Shown here: positions 21,654 through 31,989 of the stretch, piece after piece | How the letters are laid out: the number at the start of each line of letters is the position of its first letter | Position numbering within the stretch: position 1 is the stretch's first letter | Made by a program: the position numbers and the translations under genes | Notes under the pieces: model-generated | What the model saw: the letters and a program-made list of their open reading frames with translations, nothing else | Databases searched by the model: none | Told to the model about the DNA's origin: nothing | Source of the DNA: an uncultured Spirochaetota bacterium | GTDB lineage: Bacteria > Spirochaetota > Spirochaetia > SZUA-6 > Fen-1364 | Length of the DNA: 64,000 bases | Direction: 5' to 3' | Assembly: GCA_963733835.1 (NCBI GenBank) | Contig: CAVTER010000015.1 | Location: forward strand, 196,979-260,978

Positions 21654-22372
21654 ACGCCTCGACCCTCGATCCCGGGAGCCTTCCCGCGCCACGTCGGCAT
21701 CATCATGGACGGCAACGGCCGGTGGGCCCGCGAGCGCGGCCGGCCCCGCACCGAGGGCCACCTCGAGGGCGTCAAGGCCGCCAAGCGCGTGGTGCCGGCG
21801 GCCGCCGAGCTGGGCCTGCGCTTGCCTGACCCTGTACACCTTCTCCACCGAGAACTGGACGCCGCGCCGCGGAGGAGGTCTGCCTACCTCATGTTCCTCA
21901 TCCGCTCGCAACCTGCGCAAGGAGTTCGACTTCTACAGGCAGAACAGGATCCGCATCGTGCACAGCGGGGACGCGGCGCGGCTGCCGGCCGAGCGTCGCG
22001 GCCGGAGATCGCGTCGGTCGATGCCGGACACGGCCGCCTTCGACGGGCCTCACCGTGAACCTGGCCATCAACTACGGCGGCCGGGACGAGATCGTGCGCG
22101 CCGTGCGCCGGGCCGCGGCCTCGGGCGACGCCCGGCTCACCGAGGAGGCGCTTCCGCGCGCACCTGGACCAGCCCGGGTGTCCCCGACCCCGACCTGATC
22201 ATCCGCACCGGCGGCGAGCGGCGCCGTCAGCAATTTCCTCCTGTGGCAAAGTCGCCTACGCCGAGCTGTACTTCAGCCCGAAGCTGTGGCCGGACTGGGA
22301 CAGGCAGGACCTCCTCGACGCGCTGGTCGACTACGCCGGTCGGTCGCGGCGATTCGGCGGCGGCAGACGTGA
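21650..22372 (+). pseudogene. uppS: Undecaprenyl-diphosphate synthase (several frameshifts)
   Basis: GTGA overlap with the frr stop. [49 protein letters not shown]. Confidence 0.8.
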
Positions 22373-23251
22373 ACTGGAAGCACTTCTCCACGCGGATCGC
22401 TCCTCGTGGCCGTCGCCTTCCCGCTGCTCGGCGTGCTCGTCTTCGTGCTCCCGCACCAGTTCCACCTCGCCTTCAACGCTGGTCGCGGCGGTCGCCGTGA
22501 GTCCGGCAGTCCTCGAGATCGGCCGGCCTGTTCGCCGCGCGTCGGATCCGCACGTCGCGCACGCTCGCTCCCGCTGCTGGCGGGGACCATCCCCGCGGCC
22601 GCGTACCTGCGAGATCGCGGGGCATCATTCCCCCGGCTCGAGCTGCACCGGCTGTGGCTCGCCGCCGCCTTCGCGATCCTGCTGGCGCGGCGATGATCTT
22701 CCAGTCCTCGCGGGGACTGCCGCTCGGCTCCTCGTCTATGCCGGCTCGTCGGCCTTCACGGTGCTGTACCCGGCGCTCTTCCGGTCGCTTCATCGTGCGT
22801 CTGAGCGGCCTTCGCCGATCCCTCGCTCACCGTGGCCTTCTTCCTCTGCTTGTCTTCGGCGACGACATGTCTCGCCTACTTCGCCGGCAGCCTCTGGGGC
22901 CGCTCCACGTGCCTGCACCTCCCGGTGAGCCCCCAGAAGAGCGCGGTCGGATTTGCCGCGGGCATCGCCGGCGCCTTCATCATCGTGTTCGCTCTTCCCC
23001 TGGCTCGTCCGGCGGGTTTCCTGCGCGTCGGCCCGTGGGCCTCGACGTCGGGCTGGCCGCCGTCGTGCGGGGCCGTCGGCATCGTCGGCGACCTGGTGGA
23101 GAGCGGGCTGAAGCGCTCGGCGGGCGTGAAGGACTCCGGGGTCATCATCCCCGGGCGGGGCGGCATCCTCGACTCGGTCGACTCCATGGTCCTCGCCGCG
23201 CCGCTGTGCTACGCCTTCCTGCTTTTCGTGACCCGCCGGGGCGGGGCATGA
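22369..23251 (+). pseudogene. cdsA: Phosphatidate cytidylyltransferase (several frameshifts)
   Basis: C-terminal piece in ORF 22832-23251: SPQKSAVGFAAGIAG..GDLVESGLKRSAGVKDSGVIIPGRGGILDSVDS. Confidence 0.8.
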
Positions 23252-24402
23252 AGCGTCTTCTCGTCCTCGGCAGCACCGGGTCGATCGGCACAGCAGCCCT
23301 TGCCGTGGCCCGCTCGCTGCGCGACTGCCTTCGATGTCGTCGCGCTCGACCTGCAAGCGACGGCGCGCCCGCCTCGCCGCGCAGGCCGCGGAGTTCCGTC
23401 CCGACGCTGTCGCCGTGGTGGACGACGGCAGGGACTTCGCGGTGCCGCTCCTGCCCGGCCTGAAGGTGTACTAGGGGGAGCGAGGGGCTGCTGGCGCTGA
23501 TCGGAGGAGACGCAGGCCGACATCGTCGTGAACGGCATCGCCGGGCGCCTCGGGCCTCCTGCCGTCGCTGGCGGCACTCGCGCTCGGGGAAGGACCTCGC
23601 GCTCGCCAACAAGGAGTCGCTCGTCATGGCGGGGACCCTCGTGCAGAGGCGAGGCCGCCGCGCAGGGCCGCAAGGTCCTCCCCGTGGACTCCGAGCACGC
23701 GGCCCTCTTCAGCATGCTGCAGTGCCAGGCCGCCGACGAGGTCGCGGAGCTCATCATCACCGCGTCGGGGGGCGCCTTCCGCGACCTGCCGCTACACGGA
23801 GCTGTCGAGGTGCGTTTCGCCGACGCGCTGCGCGCACCCGACCTGGCGGATGGGGCCAAAGATCACCGTCGACTCGGCCACGCTGGCCAACAAGGGCCTG
23901 GAGGTGATCGAGGCGCACCGCCTCTTCGGCGTGCCGCTGTCGCGCATCCGCGTCCTGATCCACCCGCAGAGCCGCGTGCACTCCCTGGTGCGCACGGTCG
24001 ACGGCACCCTGCACGCTCGAGGCGAGCACACCCGACATGCGCATCCCCATCCAGAACGCGCTCACCTTCCCGTCGACGCGGGTGAACGATGTCGGCCCGC
24101 TCGACCTGGTGGGCAGGAGCCTCACGTTCCTGCCCGTCGACCCGGTGAAATACCGCATGCTCGACCTCGCCTACCAGGCGGCGGGGCTCTCGGGGGCGCA
24201 CCCCATCGTGTACAACGCGGCAAACGAGGTCGCTGTTGCGGCCTTCATGGAGGACGCGATCCCCTTCACGGCCATCGCGGCCGTCGTGGAGGACGTCCTG
24301 GAGGAAAGCGCGGGCGGCGAGCCCGCGACGGTCGAGGACGTGCTGGCGGTCGATGCCCAGGCGCGCCGACTGGCAGACAAGCGCATGAGAGCGAGGGCCT
24401 GA
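23248..24402 (+). pseudogene. dxr: 1-deoxy-D-xylulose-5-phosphate reductoisomerase (many frameshifts)
   Basis: ATGA overlap with the cdsA stop. [41 protein letters not shown]. The C-terminus is ORF 24037-24402. Confidence 0.8.
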
Positions 24403-24404
24403 GA

Positions 24405-25847
24405 GTGCTGGGAGTCCTTGAGTTCGTCATCGGGATCGTCGGGCTGGGCCTCATGGTCTTCGTCCACGAGCTGGGTCACTTCGTCGCCGCGCGTCTGTGC
24501 GGCGTGCACGTGGAGGTGTTCTCACTGGGCTGGGGGCCGAAGCTCGCGGGCTTCACCCGCAACGGCACCACCTACCAGGTGTCCTGGTTCCTGATCGGCG
24601 GGTACTGCAAGATGAAGGGCGAGGTGGTCCCCGGCAATTCGGGGCGGGGCCTCGCGGCCGTCGCTGAACCGGCAGCGCAGTCCGTGGCGTCGGGGAGGCA
24701 CGAGGCGGGGTCCTTCTTCGCGGCGTCTCCGTGGCGCAGGATCGTCATCTCGGTCTTCGGCCCGCTGTTCAATCTCCTGTTCTCTGCCATCGTGTTCACG
24801 GCGATCTGGTGGGCCGGCTTCCAGGTCTTCTCCGCGGATAACAGGATCATCGTGGCCTCCGACTACTCGCTGGACACCTTCGCCGAGCCGCTCCCCGCGG
24901 CCCAGGCAGGTCTCAGGACGGGCGACAGGGTCGTGGCGATCGACGGCAGTCCCGTGGTGAACTTCCAGGACATCCGCCAGGCCGCGGCCGTCTCGCCGGG
25001 GAAGACCCTGCAGCTCACCGTCGAGAGGCGCGCAACGGGCGGGACGGGAAGCGCAGAGCGGCTCCTCCTGCGGGTCACCCCGGCGCTGGACCGAAACTCG
25101 GGGGCAGGCAGGGTGGGCATCTACGCATGGTACGATCCCGTGATTGCCGACATCGCTCCCGGCAGCCCGGCAGCCCTGGCGGGGCTGCGGCCGGGGGACA
25201 GGATCGTCTCGGTCGCCGGGATGCCTGTCGCCAATTCCCTCGACATTGACGAGGCGCTCCTGCCCGCAAGGCCGTTGCGGGTCCAGGTGGCTGTCCAGCG
25301 GGGCGGCGAGGAGCGCACGGAGACGGCGGTGATGGACTACCAGAGGGTCCCGGCCGGGGCGACCGCCGATTTCGGACGGCTCGCCCTGGGTGTCGAATAC
25401 GCGCTGGGCTCCTACCCGTCTCCGCGGCTGGGTCCCCTCGGTGCAGCATCCCGGGGCATCGCGCAGACCTGGGAGACGGTCACCCTCGTGGTGAAAAGCA
25501 TCGGTCTGCTCTTCCGCGGGGTCAGCATCAGGAACGCCGTGGCCGGGCCGCTGCAGATCACCCGCACGATCGGCCAGGTCACCACCGAGGGTTTCACGAC
25601 CGGGGTCGGAGCGGCGCTGAACGGGTTCTTCGGAATCCTGTCCCTGCTCAGCGTGTCGCTTTTCCTGATGAACCTGCTGCCCATCCCCGCCATGGACGGC
25701 GGGCAGATCATGCTGTTCCTCGTCGAGGCCGCGCGCAGGCAGCCGGTGAACACGAAGCTGTACGTGCGCCTCCAGCTCATCGGCTTCTCTCTGCTCATCC
25801 TGCTGCTGGTGTTCATCACCGTGAACGACGTCACGAGAGGACGGTAG
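24405..25847 (+). CDS. rseP: RIP zinc metalloprotease RseP (site-2 protease with PDZ domains)
   Basis: GTG 24405. HELGHF motif. Intact to stop 25847. Confidence 0.9.
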   Translation: MLGVLEFVIGIVGLGLMVFVHELGHFVAARLCGVHVEVFSLGWGPKLAGFTRNGTTYQVSWFLIGGYCKMKGEVVPGNSGRGLAAVAEPAAQSVASGRHEAGSFFAASPWRRIVISVFGPLFNLLFSAIVFTAIWWAGFQVFSADNRIIVASDYSLDTFAEPLPAAQAGLRTGDRVVAIDGSPVVNFQDIRQAAAVSPGKTLQLTVERRATGGTGSAERLLLRVTPALDRNSGAGRVGIYAWYDPVIADIAPGSPAALAGLRPGDRIVSVAGMPVANSLDIDEALLPARPLRVQVAVQRGGEERTETAVMDYQRVPAGATADFGRLALGVEYALGSYPSPRLGPLGAASRGIAQTWETVTLVVKSIGLLFRGVSIRNAVAGPLQITRTIGQVTTEGFTTGVGAALNGFFGILSLLSVSLFLMNLLPIPAMDGGQIMLFLVEAARRQPVNTKLYVRLQLIGFSLLILLLVFITVNDVTRGR

Positions 25848-25850
25848 ACG

Positions 25851-26492
25851 ATGCACACTGTCACCCGCCGGATCGCCTGCTTCTGCGAGAAGACCTTCGA
25901 GGCTGAGATGCCCGACGCCGTGGACCTCGCAGCCGACGAGGGCATGCGGGACGCGATCCTGAGCGGCGAGTTCATGGCCGCGGTCTGTCCCGCCTGCGGC
26001 AAGAGGCTCACACCCGAGTTCCCCTGCCTCGTGTCGATGCCCGCCGAGATTCCCGGGACCGGCGGCAGGGACGTGCTCCTGGTGCCGGAAGCGGACCGGG
26101 TGGCCTGCATGCGGGGGAGGCTGCCGGAGGGCATGGCCACTCCCGCCCGCGTCGCCGTCGGGGTTCCCGAGCTGGCCGAGAAGCTGCGCATCTTCGGCGC
26201 GTCGCTCGACGACAGGGTCGTCGAGATCGTGAAGTACTACTACCTGACCAGCGCGGCGGCCGCGTCGGCCGGCGAGCGGGAGGTGACGCTGCGCTACCAC
26301 GGGGAAGAATCCGGCCGCATGGTGTTTCACATCGAGGGGATGGCCGAGGGACAGATCGGGGTGGTCCGGCTGTCGCGCGACATCTACGCCCGGATCGCGG
26401 CCGACCTGTCCGCCCGGCTCTCGGAGGAACCCTTCAGCGCGTTCTGCGACCCCCCCTACGTGTCGCTCAGCAGGGCGGAGCTTACCTCGTGA
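25851..26492 (+). CDS. CpXC-type zinc-ribbon domain protein, function unknown
   Basis: Intact 213-aa ORF with Cys pairs CFC and CPAC. Confidence 0.55.
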   Translation: MHTVTRRIACFCEKTFEAEMPDAVDLAADEGMRDAILSGEFMAAVCPACGKRLTPEFPCLVSMPAEIPGTGGRDVLLVPEADRVACMRGRLPEGMATPARVAVGVPELAEKLRIFGASLDDRVVEIVKYYYLTSAAAASAGEREVTLRYHGEESGRMVFHIEGMAEGQIGVVRLSRDIYARIAADLSARLSEEPFSAFCDPPYVSLSRAELTS

Positions 26493-26558
26493 GCGGCCTG
26501 CTGCGGGCGGCCCCTGTCCTGGCAGTCCTGCTGTTCATCTCCGCGGCAGGGGGGTTCT

Positions 26559-28706
26559 GTGCCGGGGGTACGGAGACGGCGCACGGCCAGCAGGCTGCCG
26601 GGCAGCGCGGGTGCCGCGGCAGAGCCGGGCACGCAGGCGGCCGAACCGCAGGCGGCCGAACCGCAGGCGGTTGCGCTGCCCTCCGCCCCGGAGTGCCCTG
26701 CCGGAGCTCGGGCGCTGGTGCAGACGGGCCACAGGGGCGAGATCCTCGCCCTGGAGTACGACGAGGCCCGGGGGCTCCTGTTCAGCGCGGGCGAGGACGG
26801 GACTGTTCGCGTGTGGGACTCAGTCCGTCGGACCCTCCTGCACAGGCTGCAGGCCACGCACCTCTCGGCGGGGATGCTCGCCGTGAGCCCGTCGCAGGCC
26901 CCGCGGATCGCGGTCCTGGAGACGGACTGGACACGGTCATGGGCCATTTCCGTGTGGGACTGGGAGCGGGAGAAGAGGCTCTTCCGTGTCCAGCTGGCCG
27001 AGACGCCCCTGTTCCTGCGCTATTCGGGCGGCGGGGAGCTGCTCGCCTGGGGAGAGCCGCGGTGGGACAGCCTCCGGCTCGTGCGGGCGGACACCGGCGA
27101 GCCGGTCGGCCTTGGCAGCGAGGCGTTCGGCATCGTGAGCTTCGCGGAAATCGGCGCGGCCGGGAAGACGATCATGACCTACCAGCTCGCCGGCCGGATC
27201 GCCTACTGGGACCTCGCCTCGGGCTCGCTGCTGCGCGAGGTGCCCAGCGTGCCGTACCTCGCCTCCGTCCGCATGTCGCGCGACAAGCGCTTCCTGGCCG
27301 GCTCGACGGGTCGGGAGATCGTGGTCGTGGACGCACTCAGCGGGGCCGTCCGCGCCCGCTCCGCCATCTCCGCCGCGCTCTCGCTGGATTTCTCTCCGGC
27401 GGGCGACCGCATCGTCGTCGCTGCCGGGCCCGGGGCCGCTCCCGGCCTGTCCCTGTGGTCCCTGGGTGCCGATTCCCTCACGCGCGATCAGTCAGCTCCG
27501 GTGCTTCCCTCGGCAGTCGCTGCCCGCTTCGCCGGCGATGGCCTTGTCGCTGCCGCGAGGGGTGGCGAGATCCAATCCCTGTCCCTCGGAGGGGGAGGGG
27601 CCTCTGTCCTGGCGCGCGACGAGCTCGACCGGGTCACTGGCATCGACGTCGCCACCGGCAGCGTGGCGCTCGCGACAGCCGCGCGGGTGTGGGTATTCAG
27701 CTCCCGTCTCCTGGCGGGCAGGTCCGTCGCCGCGGCGGGCTTTGCGCCGGGCAGCGATGCCCTCGTGCAGGCCGTGTCGGTCCCCAACCCGCACGGGGCG
27801 GCAAGCGGGATCTCGTTCCTGAGCCCCGACAGGGTTCTCGTCTGGAGCCGGGGCGAGTCGCCCGGCCCCGCCGTGGTGCTGGACATTCCCTCGCGCACGT
27901 TCCTGCGTGCCGGCGGAGAAGGCCGGGGAACCCTTCTCGAATCCGAGGTGCAGCAGCCGGGCAGCCCCCTGGCGGGGAAGCTCCTGAGCCTTGAGCAGGG
28001 CGGGGCCGTCTCCCTCTCGGACGTCCTGACGGGGCAGGTGAGCTTCTCGGCGCGCCTTCCTGGAGTCGCGACGATCGCCGCCGCGGGCCGCGCGGAGCTG
28101 GTGGGAGGCAGGAATGCCGCCGTCGGATCTGAAGGGTCGCTGCTGAGAATCAACATGGACACCGGGGAGACCGTTGCCGTCCCGACCCGGGCCGTCTTCA
28201 TCTACGACATGCTGCACGAGCCGTCCAGCGGGGCCCTGTACTCCCTCGGCGTGGACGGGGCCGGTTCCACCAGCCTGCTGCGGCACGCCGGGCGGGGCTT
28301 CGAGGAGGAGACGGTCATCGACAAGGTGGACTGGGAAGACCTGTTCGCCTCCCTGGCGTTCGACCAGTCCACGGGGCTGCTGTTCTCATCGCTGGGCTCC
28401 GCGCGCATTGGCGTGTGGGACGCAGGGTCGCTCGCGCTCATGAAGTTCCCGGACACCGGCCGGGTCCCGCGCACGCTGCGTGCCCGCGACGGGCTGCTGT
28501 TCGCCCTGAACAGGGATTCCACCGTGGCTGTCTGGGACGAGAACCAGGGGGAGAACCTCGGGGAGATCTCGCTCTTCGCTGACGGGGAGTGGTGCTTCCT
28601 CTTCCCTGGCGGGCGCTACGCCGCCTCGCAGGACGGGGCCCGCCGCGTCGGCGTGAGCGTCGACGGCCAGCCCATGGCTGACCCCGCCGCCTGCAGGGTT
28701 CGCTGA
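26559..28706 (+). CDS. WD40/beta-propeller repeat protein, probably secreted; a signal peptide may be encoded from GTG 26489 in another frame (possible frameshift ~26595)
   Basis: GHRGEILALEYDEARGLLFSAGEDGTVRVWD and further WD-like repeats. GTG 26489 overlaps the upstream stop (GTGA) and encodes MSGLLRAAPVLAVLLFISAAGG. Confidence 0.7.
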   Translation: MPGVRRRRTASRLPGSAGAAAEPGTQAAEPQAAEPQAVALPSAPECPAGARALVQTGHRGEILALEYDEARGLLFSAGEDGTVRVWDSVRRTLLHRLQATHLSAGMLAVSPSQAPRIAVLETDWTRSWAISVWDWEREKRLFRVQLAETPLFLRYSGGGELLAWGEPRWDSLRLVRADTGEPVGLGSEAFGIVSFAEIGAAGKTIMTYQLAGRIAYWDLASGSLLREVPSVPYLASVRMSRDKRFLAGSTGREIVVVDALSGAVRARSAISAALSLDFSPAGDRIVVAAGPGAAPGLSLWSLGADSLTRDQSAPVLPSAVAARFAGDGLVAAARGGEIQSLSLGGGGASVLARDELDRVTGIDVATGSVALATAARVWVFSSRLLAGRSVAAAGFAPGSDALVQAVSVPNPHGAASGISFLSPDRVLVWSRGESPGPAVVLDIPSRTFLRAGGEGRGTLLESEVQQPGSPLAGKLLSLEQGGAVSLSDVLTGQVSFSARLPGVATIAAAGRAELVGGRNAAVGSEGSLLRINMDTGETVAVPTRAVFIYDMLHEPSSGALYSLGVDGAGSTSLLRHAGRGFEEETVIDKVDWEDLFASLAFDQSTGLLFSSLGSARIGVWDAGSLALMKFPDTGRVPRTLRARDGLLFALNRDSTVAVWDENQGENLGEISLFADGEWCFLFPGGRYAASQDGARRVGVSVDGQPMADPAACRVR

Positions 28707-28747
28707 TCCCGAAGGGGCCCGGCACGCACGTGTGCGCGCTGGGCTCC

Positions 28748-29086
28748 TCAGTCGTGCGAGGGGTTTGCCTTGACCTTGTCGATGGCTTCACTGACCGCGC
28801 GCGACACCTCACGCGCGTAGGCCGGATCCTCGCCGGGCCGCGCGGCGAAGCTCCCCATCAGCGACACCCTGTAGGAGGGCCGGCACCTGTTCAGCGCGTA
28901 GGCGGCCATGTCCAGGACGCACTCCTGGCATGCGCAGGGCGCACCCCTCTCCCCGGTCCCCTGGGCAGCCGAGGGGCGCAGGTCGCGGGCGCCCAGTCGG
29001 GCGAGCTGGGCGTCCAGCTCCGCGAGCACCAGACCTTCGGCCTCGTTCACGAGGCTGTCGAAATCGTAGCGGTCTCTCAGGCCCAT
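28748..29086 (-). CDS. ComFB (late competence development) family protein
   Basis: 112 aa. Cys motif CACQEC..DMAAYALNRCRPSY. Starts 2 nt after the dnaB stop. Confidence 0.7.
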   Translation of the reverse strand: MGLRDRYDFDSLVNEAEGLVLAELDAQLARLGARDLRPSAAQGTGERGAPCACQECVLDMAAYALNRCRPSYRVSLMGSFAARPGEDPAYAREVSRAVSEAIDKVKANPSHD

Positions 29087-29088
29087 TC

Positions 29089-30408
29089 CTACTCCATCGA
29101 CGGGCCCCTCTCGAGGGCCTCGAACTTCGTGTACTTGGGGATGAAAGCGAGCTTGAGGTCCCCCACGGGCCCGTTCCTCTGCTTGGCGATGACCACCTCG
29201 CGGGTCTCGGACTTCAGGTCGTCGGTGTGCAGGAAGATCACCACGTCGGCGTCCTGCTCGATGGAGCCGCTCTCGCGCAGGTCGGCGAGGGAGGGCTTCT
29301 TGCCCTCCGTCTCCCGGCGCACCTGCGAGAGGGCGATGATCGGGAGGGCCAGCTCGCGCGCCAGGGATTTCAGAGACCGGGAGACTTCGGCGATCTGCTC
29401 GTGGCGGGGGAGGTCCCTGTTCTCCGACCCGATCAGCGTGATGTAGTCGATGAAGATGATCTTCACGTCCTGGTGGCTCTTCATGCGCCGTGCCTGCGCC
29501 CGCAGGTCCAGCAGCTTCAGGTCCGGGGAGTCGCTGATGAACAGGGGCGCCTCGTACAGCCTTCCGCAGGCCTCGGTGATCCTGCCGAAGTCGGCGGGGC
29601 TGAGCATGCCCGTGCGCATGCGCTGCGAGTCCAGGCGCGCCTCCATCGACAGCAGGCGCTGCATGATCGCCATGCTCGACATTTCCAGGGTGAAGAACCC
29701 GACGGGCACCCTGTTCCTGATGCTGATGTTGGCGGCGATCGTGAGAGCGAAGGCCGTCTTGCCGACGGATGGCCGGGCCCCGATCACGATGAACTCGGAA
29801 TTCTGGAAGCCCATCGTGAACTGGTCAAGCTCCTTGAACCCCGAGGGGATGCCCGTGTACTCGCTCTTGGAGTGGTAATGCTTCTCGATCGCGTCGAAGG
29901 TGAGCCGCACGATCTCCTTTGCCGGGTGGTAGGTGCCGGTCTGGTGGCGATCGGAGATGTCGAAGATCCGCCGCTCTGCCTCCTCGAGGATGACACGGAT
30001 CTCGGCCTGCTCGTCGTGGCTCTTGGCGATGATTTCCTGGGAGATCCTGCTGAGGCTGCGGCGGATGCTGGCCGCCTGCACGATGCGCGCGTAGTACTCG
30101 ACATTCGCGCTGGTGGGGACCGCCGAGGTGAGCCGCGAGACCGCGGCGAGCCCCCCGCACTGCTCCAGGGCGCCCCGGCCGCGCAGCTCGTCGGTGAGAG
30201 TGATGAGGTCGATGGACTGGCCCCGGTCGAACAGGGCCAGCACCGCCTCGTAGATCTTCTGGTGGGCGGCCTTGTAGAAGTCCTCGGGCCGCACGAGGTG
30301 GATGATGGCGGGCAGCGCCTCGGGGTCGATCAGGACCGCCCCGAGGCAGGCCGTCTCTGCCTCCTCGTTGTGGGACGGGACGCTGTCGCGGAGGCTGACG
30401 GAAGACAC
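29089..30408 (-). CDS. dnaB: Replicative DNA helicase DnaB
   Basis: Intact 439 aa. Walker A GARPSVGKTAF. N-terminal EAETACLGAVL. Confidence 0.92.
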   Translation of the reverse strand: MSSVSLRDSVPSHNEEAETACLGAVLIDPEALPAIIHLVRPEDFYKAAHQKIYEAVLALFDRGQSIDLITLTDELRGRGALEQCGGLAAVSRLTSAVPTSANVEYYARIVQAASIRRSLSRISQEIIAKSHDEQAEIRVILEEAERRIFDISDRHQTGTYHPAKEIVRLTFDAIEKHYHSKSEYTGIPSGFKELDQFTMGFQNSEFIVIGARPSVGKTAFALTIAANISIRNRVPVGFFTLEMSSMAIMQRLLSMEARLDSQRMRTGMLSPADFGRITEACGRLYEAPLFISDSPDLKLLDLRAQARRMKSHQDVKIIFIDYITLIGSENRDLPRHEQIAEVSRSLKSLARELALPIIALSQVRRETEGKKPSLADLRESGSIEQDADVVIFLHTDDLKSETREVVIAKQRNGPVGDLKLAFIPKYTKFEALERGPSME

Positions 30409-30434
30409 CGCAGGCCCTGCCCGGGGACCCGCCC

Positions 30435-30899
30435 CTATGCCTGCGCGCCCGGCGCCGCCGCCTGGACGACGATCTTCACCGCGGCCTCTTCCTTGTCGTA
30501 GAGCTTGACCTTGACCTTGTAGGTGCCCACGGTCCGCAGCGTGTGCTCGGGGATCTCGATGCGCTTCTTCTCCAGCTGGTAGCCCCTCTTCTCCAGCTCC
30601 AGCGCCACCATGGCCGCGCTGACGGAGCCGAAGAGCTTGCCCCCCTCGCCGGCGGGCATGGAGAAGGTGACCTCCTCCGCCTCCAGCCTCTCCTTGACGC
30701 CCAGCGCTTCGCTGCGCTTCACCTCGCGGCGCTTCTCGATCGCCGCCATGCGGTGCTGCAGCGCGGCGAGGTTTTCGCGGGTGTGGGGGAGTGCCAGCTT
30801 GCGGGGCAGCAGGTAGTTGCGGGCGTAGCCGCCGGCCACCTCCCTGATGTCGCCCTCCTCCCCGAGGCCGACCACGTCCGAGTTGAGGATCACCTTCAT
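30435..30899 (-). CDS. rplI: 50S ribosomal protein L9
   Basis: MKVILNSDVVGLGEEGDIREVAGGYARNYLLPRKLA. Confidence 0.92.
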   Translation of the reverse strand: MKVILNSDVVGLGEEGDIREVAGGYARNYLLPRKLALPHTRENLAALQHRMAAIEKRREVKRSEALGVKERLEAEEVTFSMPAGEGGKLFGSVSAAMVALELEKRGYQLEKKRIEIPEHTLRTVGTYKVKVKLYDKEEAAVKIVVQAAAPGAQA

Positions 30900-30905
30900 C
30901 CGTGT

Positions 30906-31956
30906 CTACTCCTTTCGCTCACCGGGGCCGCGGACCGCGCGGTCCCGGTACCGGATCCAGTTTTCCGAAGCCCCGAAGAGGGGGACGCCGAAGACAACGA
31001 CCATGCCCGCGCGCGGCGAGGCGGCCAGTGCCGCCAGGCCGGCGATCAGCACGACCCACAACAGGCGGGGCAGGCGGCGCCTCTCGAAGAAGAAGCGCAC
31101 GATCGCCAGGCCCTGCAGGCCGTAGAGCAGAAGCATCGCGAGGCCCACGTTCCACACCACGTAGGAAAACCACGCGATGTCGAGCAGAAGCCCCAGGCCG
31201 ATGCCTGCCCACGATACGATGAACGGCCACACGTAGAAGCCGTCCAGGCGGAAACCCGCCAGCCGCGGACCCGCCGCCGTTCCGCCGGGGATGACACCCG
31301 CCCGGGCGGCCTGCGACCGGGCCGCCGAGGCGCTGCCCGCCCACCACGAGAAGGCGAGCAGGGCCAGGTACCCCGCCATGAAGCTGCGCAGGAACCACGT
31401 GCCCGTGAACCGCATGAGCACGGCCAGATCGGCGCCGGTTCCAGTGCGTCTGCCGCCCCCTCCGCCGCGGCCTGCAGGAGCGAGCTGATCATCCGCGACG
31501 CCTCGGAGAACGCCTCCTGCATGGCCTGCCCGAAGGCCGGGGCCCGTGCGAGCCCAGCTGCCAGAGGGATCGCCAGCAGCCCCGTGGCAGCGGTGGCGGC
31601 AAGCATCTTCACCAGGCTGCGCGTCCCGCGCGGTCGCGGCAGGTTCACCGCGAGCAGCCCCAGGAGGAGCACGGCCAGGCCGAACGCCTCCACGCCGAGC
31701 AGGAGCCCTGCCGCGGGCGACCGGGGCGTGGCTGCTGCAGATGCACCCGGGAGCAGCGTGGCGAGGCGCACCCCGGCGAGCATCAGGACGAACAGGCCCG
31801 CTGCCGCGGCGAGCCCCCCGGCCCCCGACGCCTCGCCACGACCTGCAGGGGGATCAGGAAGAAGAGAATCCCGACCCCGAAGTAGTACAGCACGAGGGAG
31901 GACAGGGCGAAGAGGAAGACCTCCAAAAGCCGCGCGCCCCCGGGTGCCAGCCGCAT
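30906..31956 (-). pseudogene. DUF2232 (YybS-like) integral membrane protein (frameshifts ~31820 and ~31430)
   Basis: ATG 31954-31956 gives MRLAPGGARLLEVFLFALSSLVLYYFGVGILFFLIPLQV. It continues in ORFs 31046-31783(-) and 30906-31421(-). The position between rpsR and rplI matches yybS in Firmicutes. Confidence 0.6.
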
Positions 31957-31989
31957 CGCCCGTCGACCGCAGGGCGGCGCTGCCGCCGC

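Noticed and set aside
19177-24402. Programmed ribosomal frameshifting or genuine pseudogenisation of rpsB, tsf, frr, uppS, cdsA and dxr.
   Set aside because: There are too many shifts per gene, in both directions, with no slippery-site or pseudoknot pattern. Essential single-copy genes are affected. Resolved sites sit in homopolymers, so this is sequencing or assembly error.
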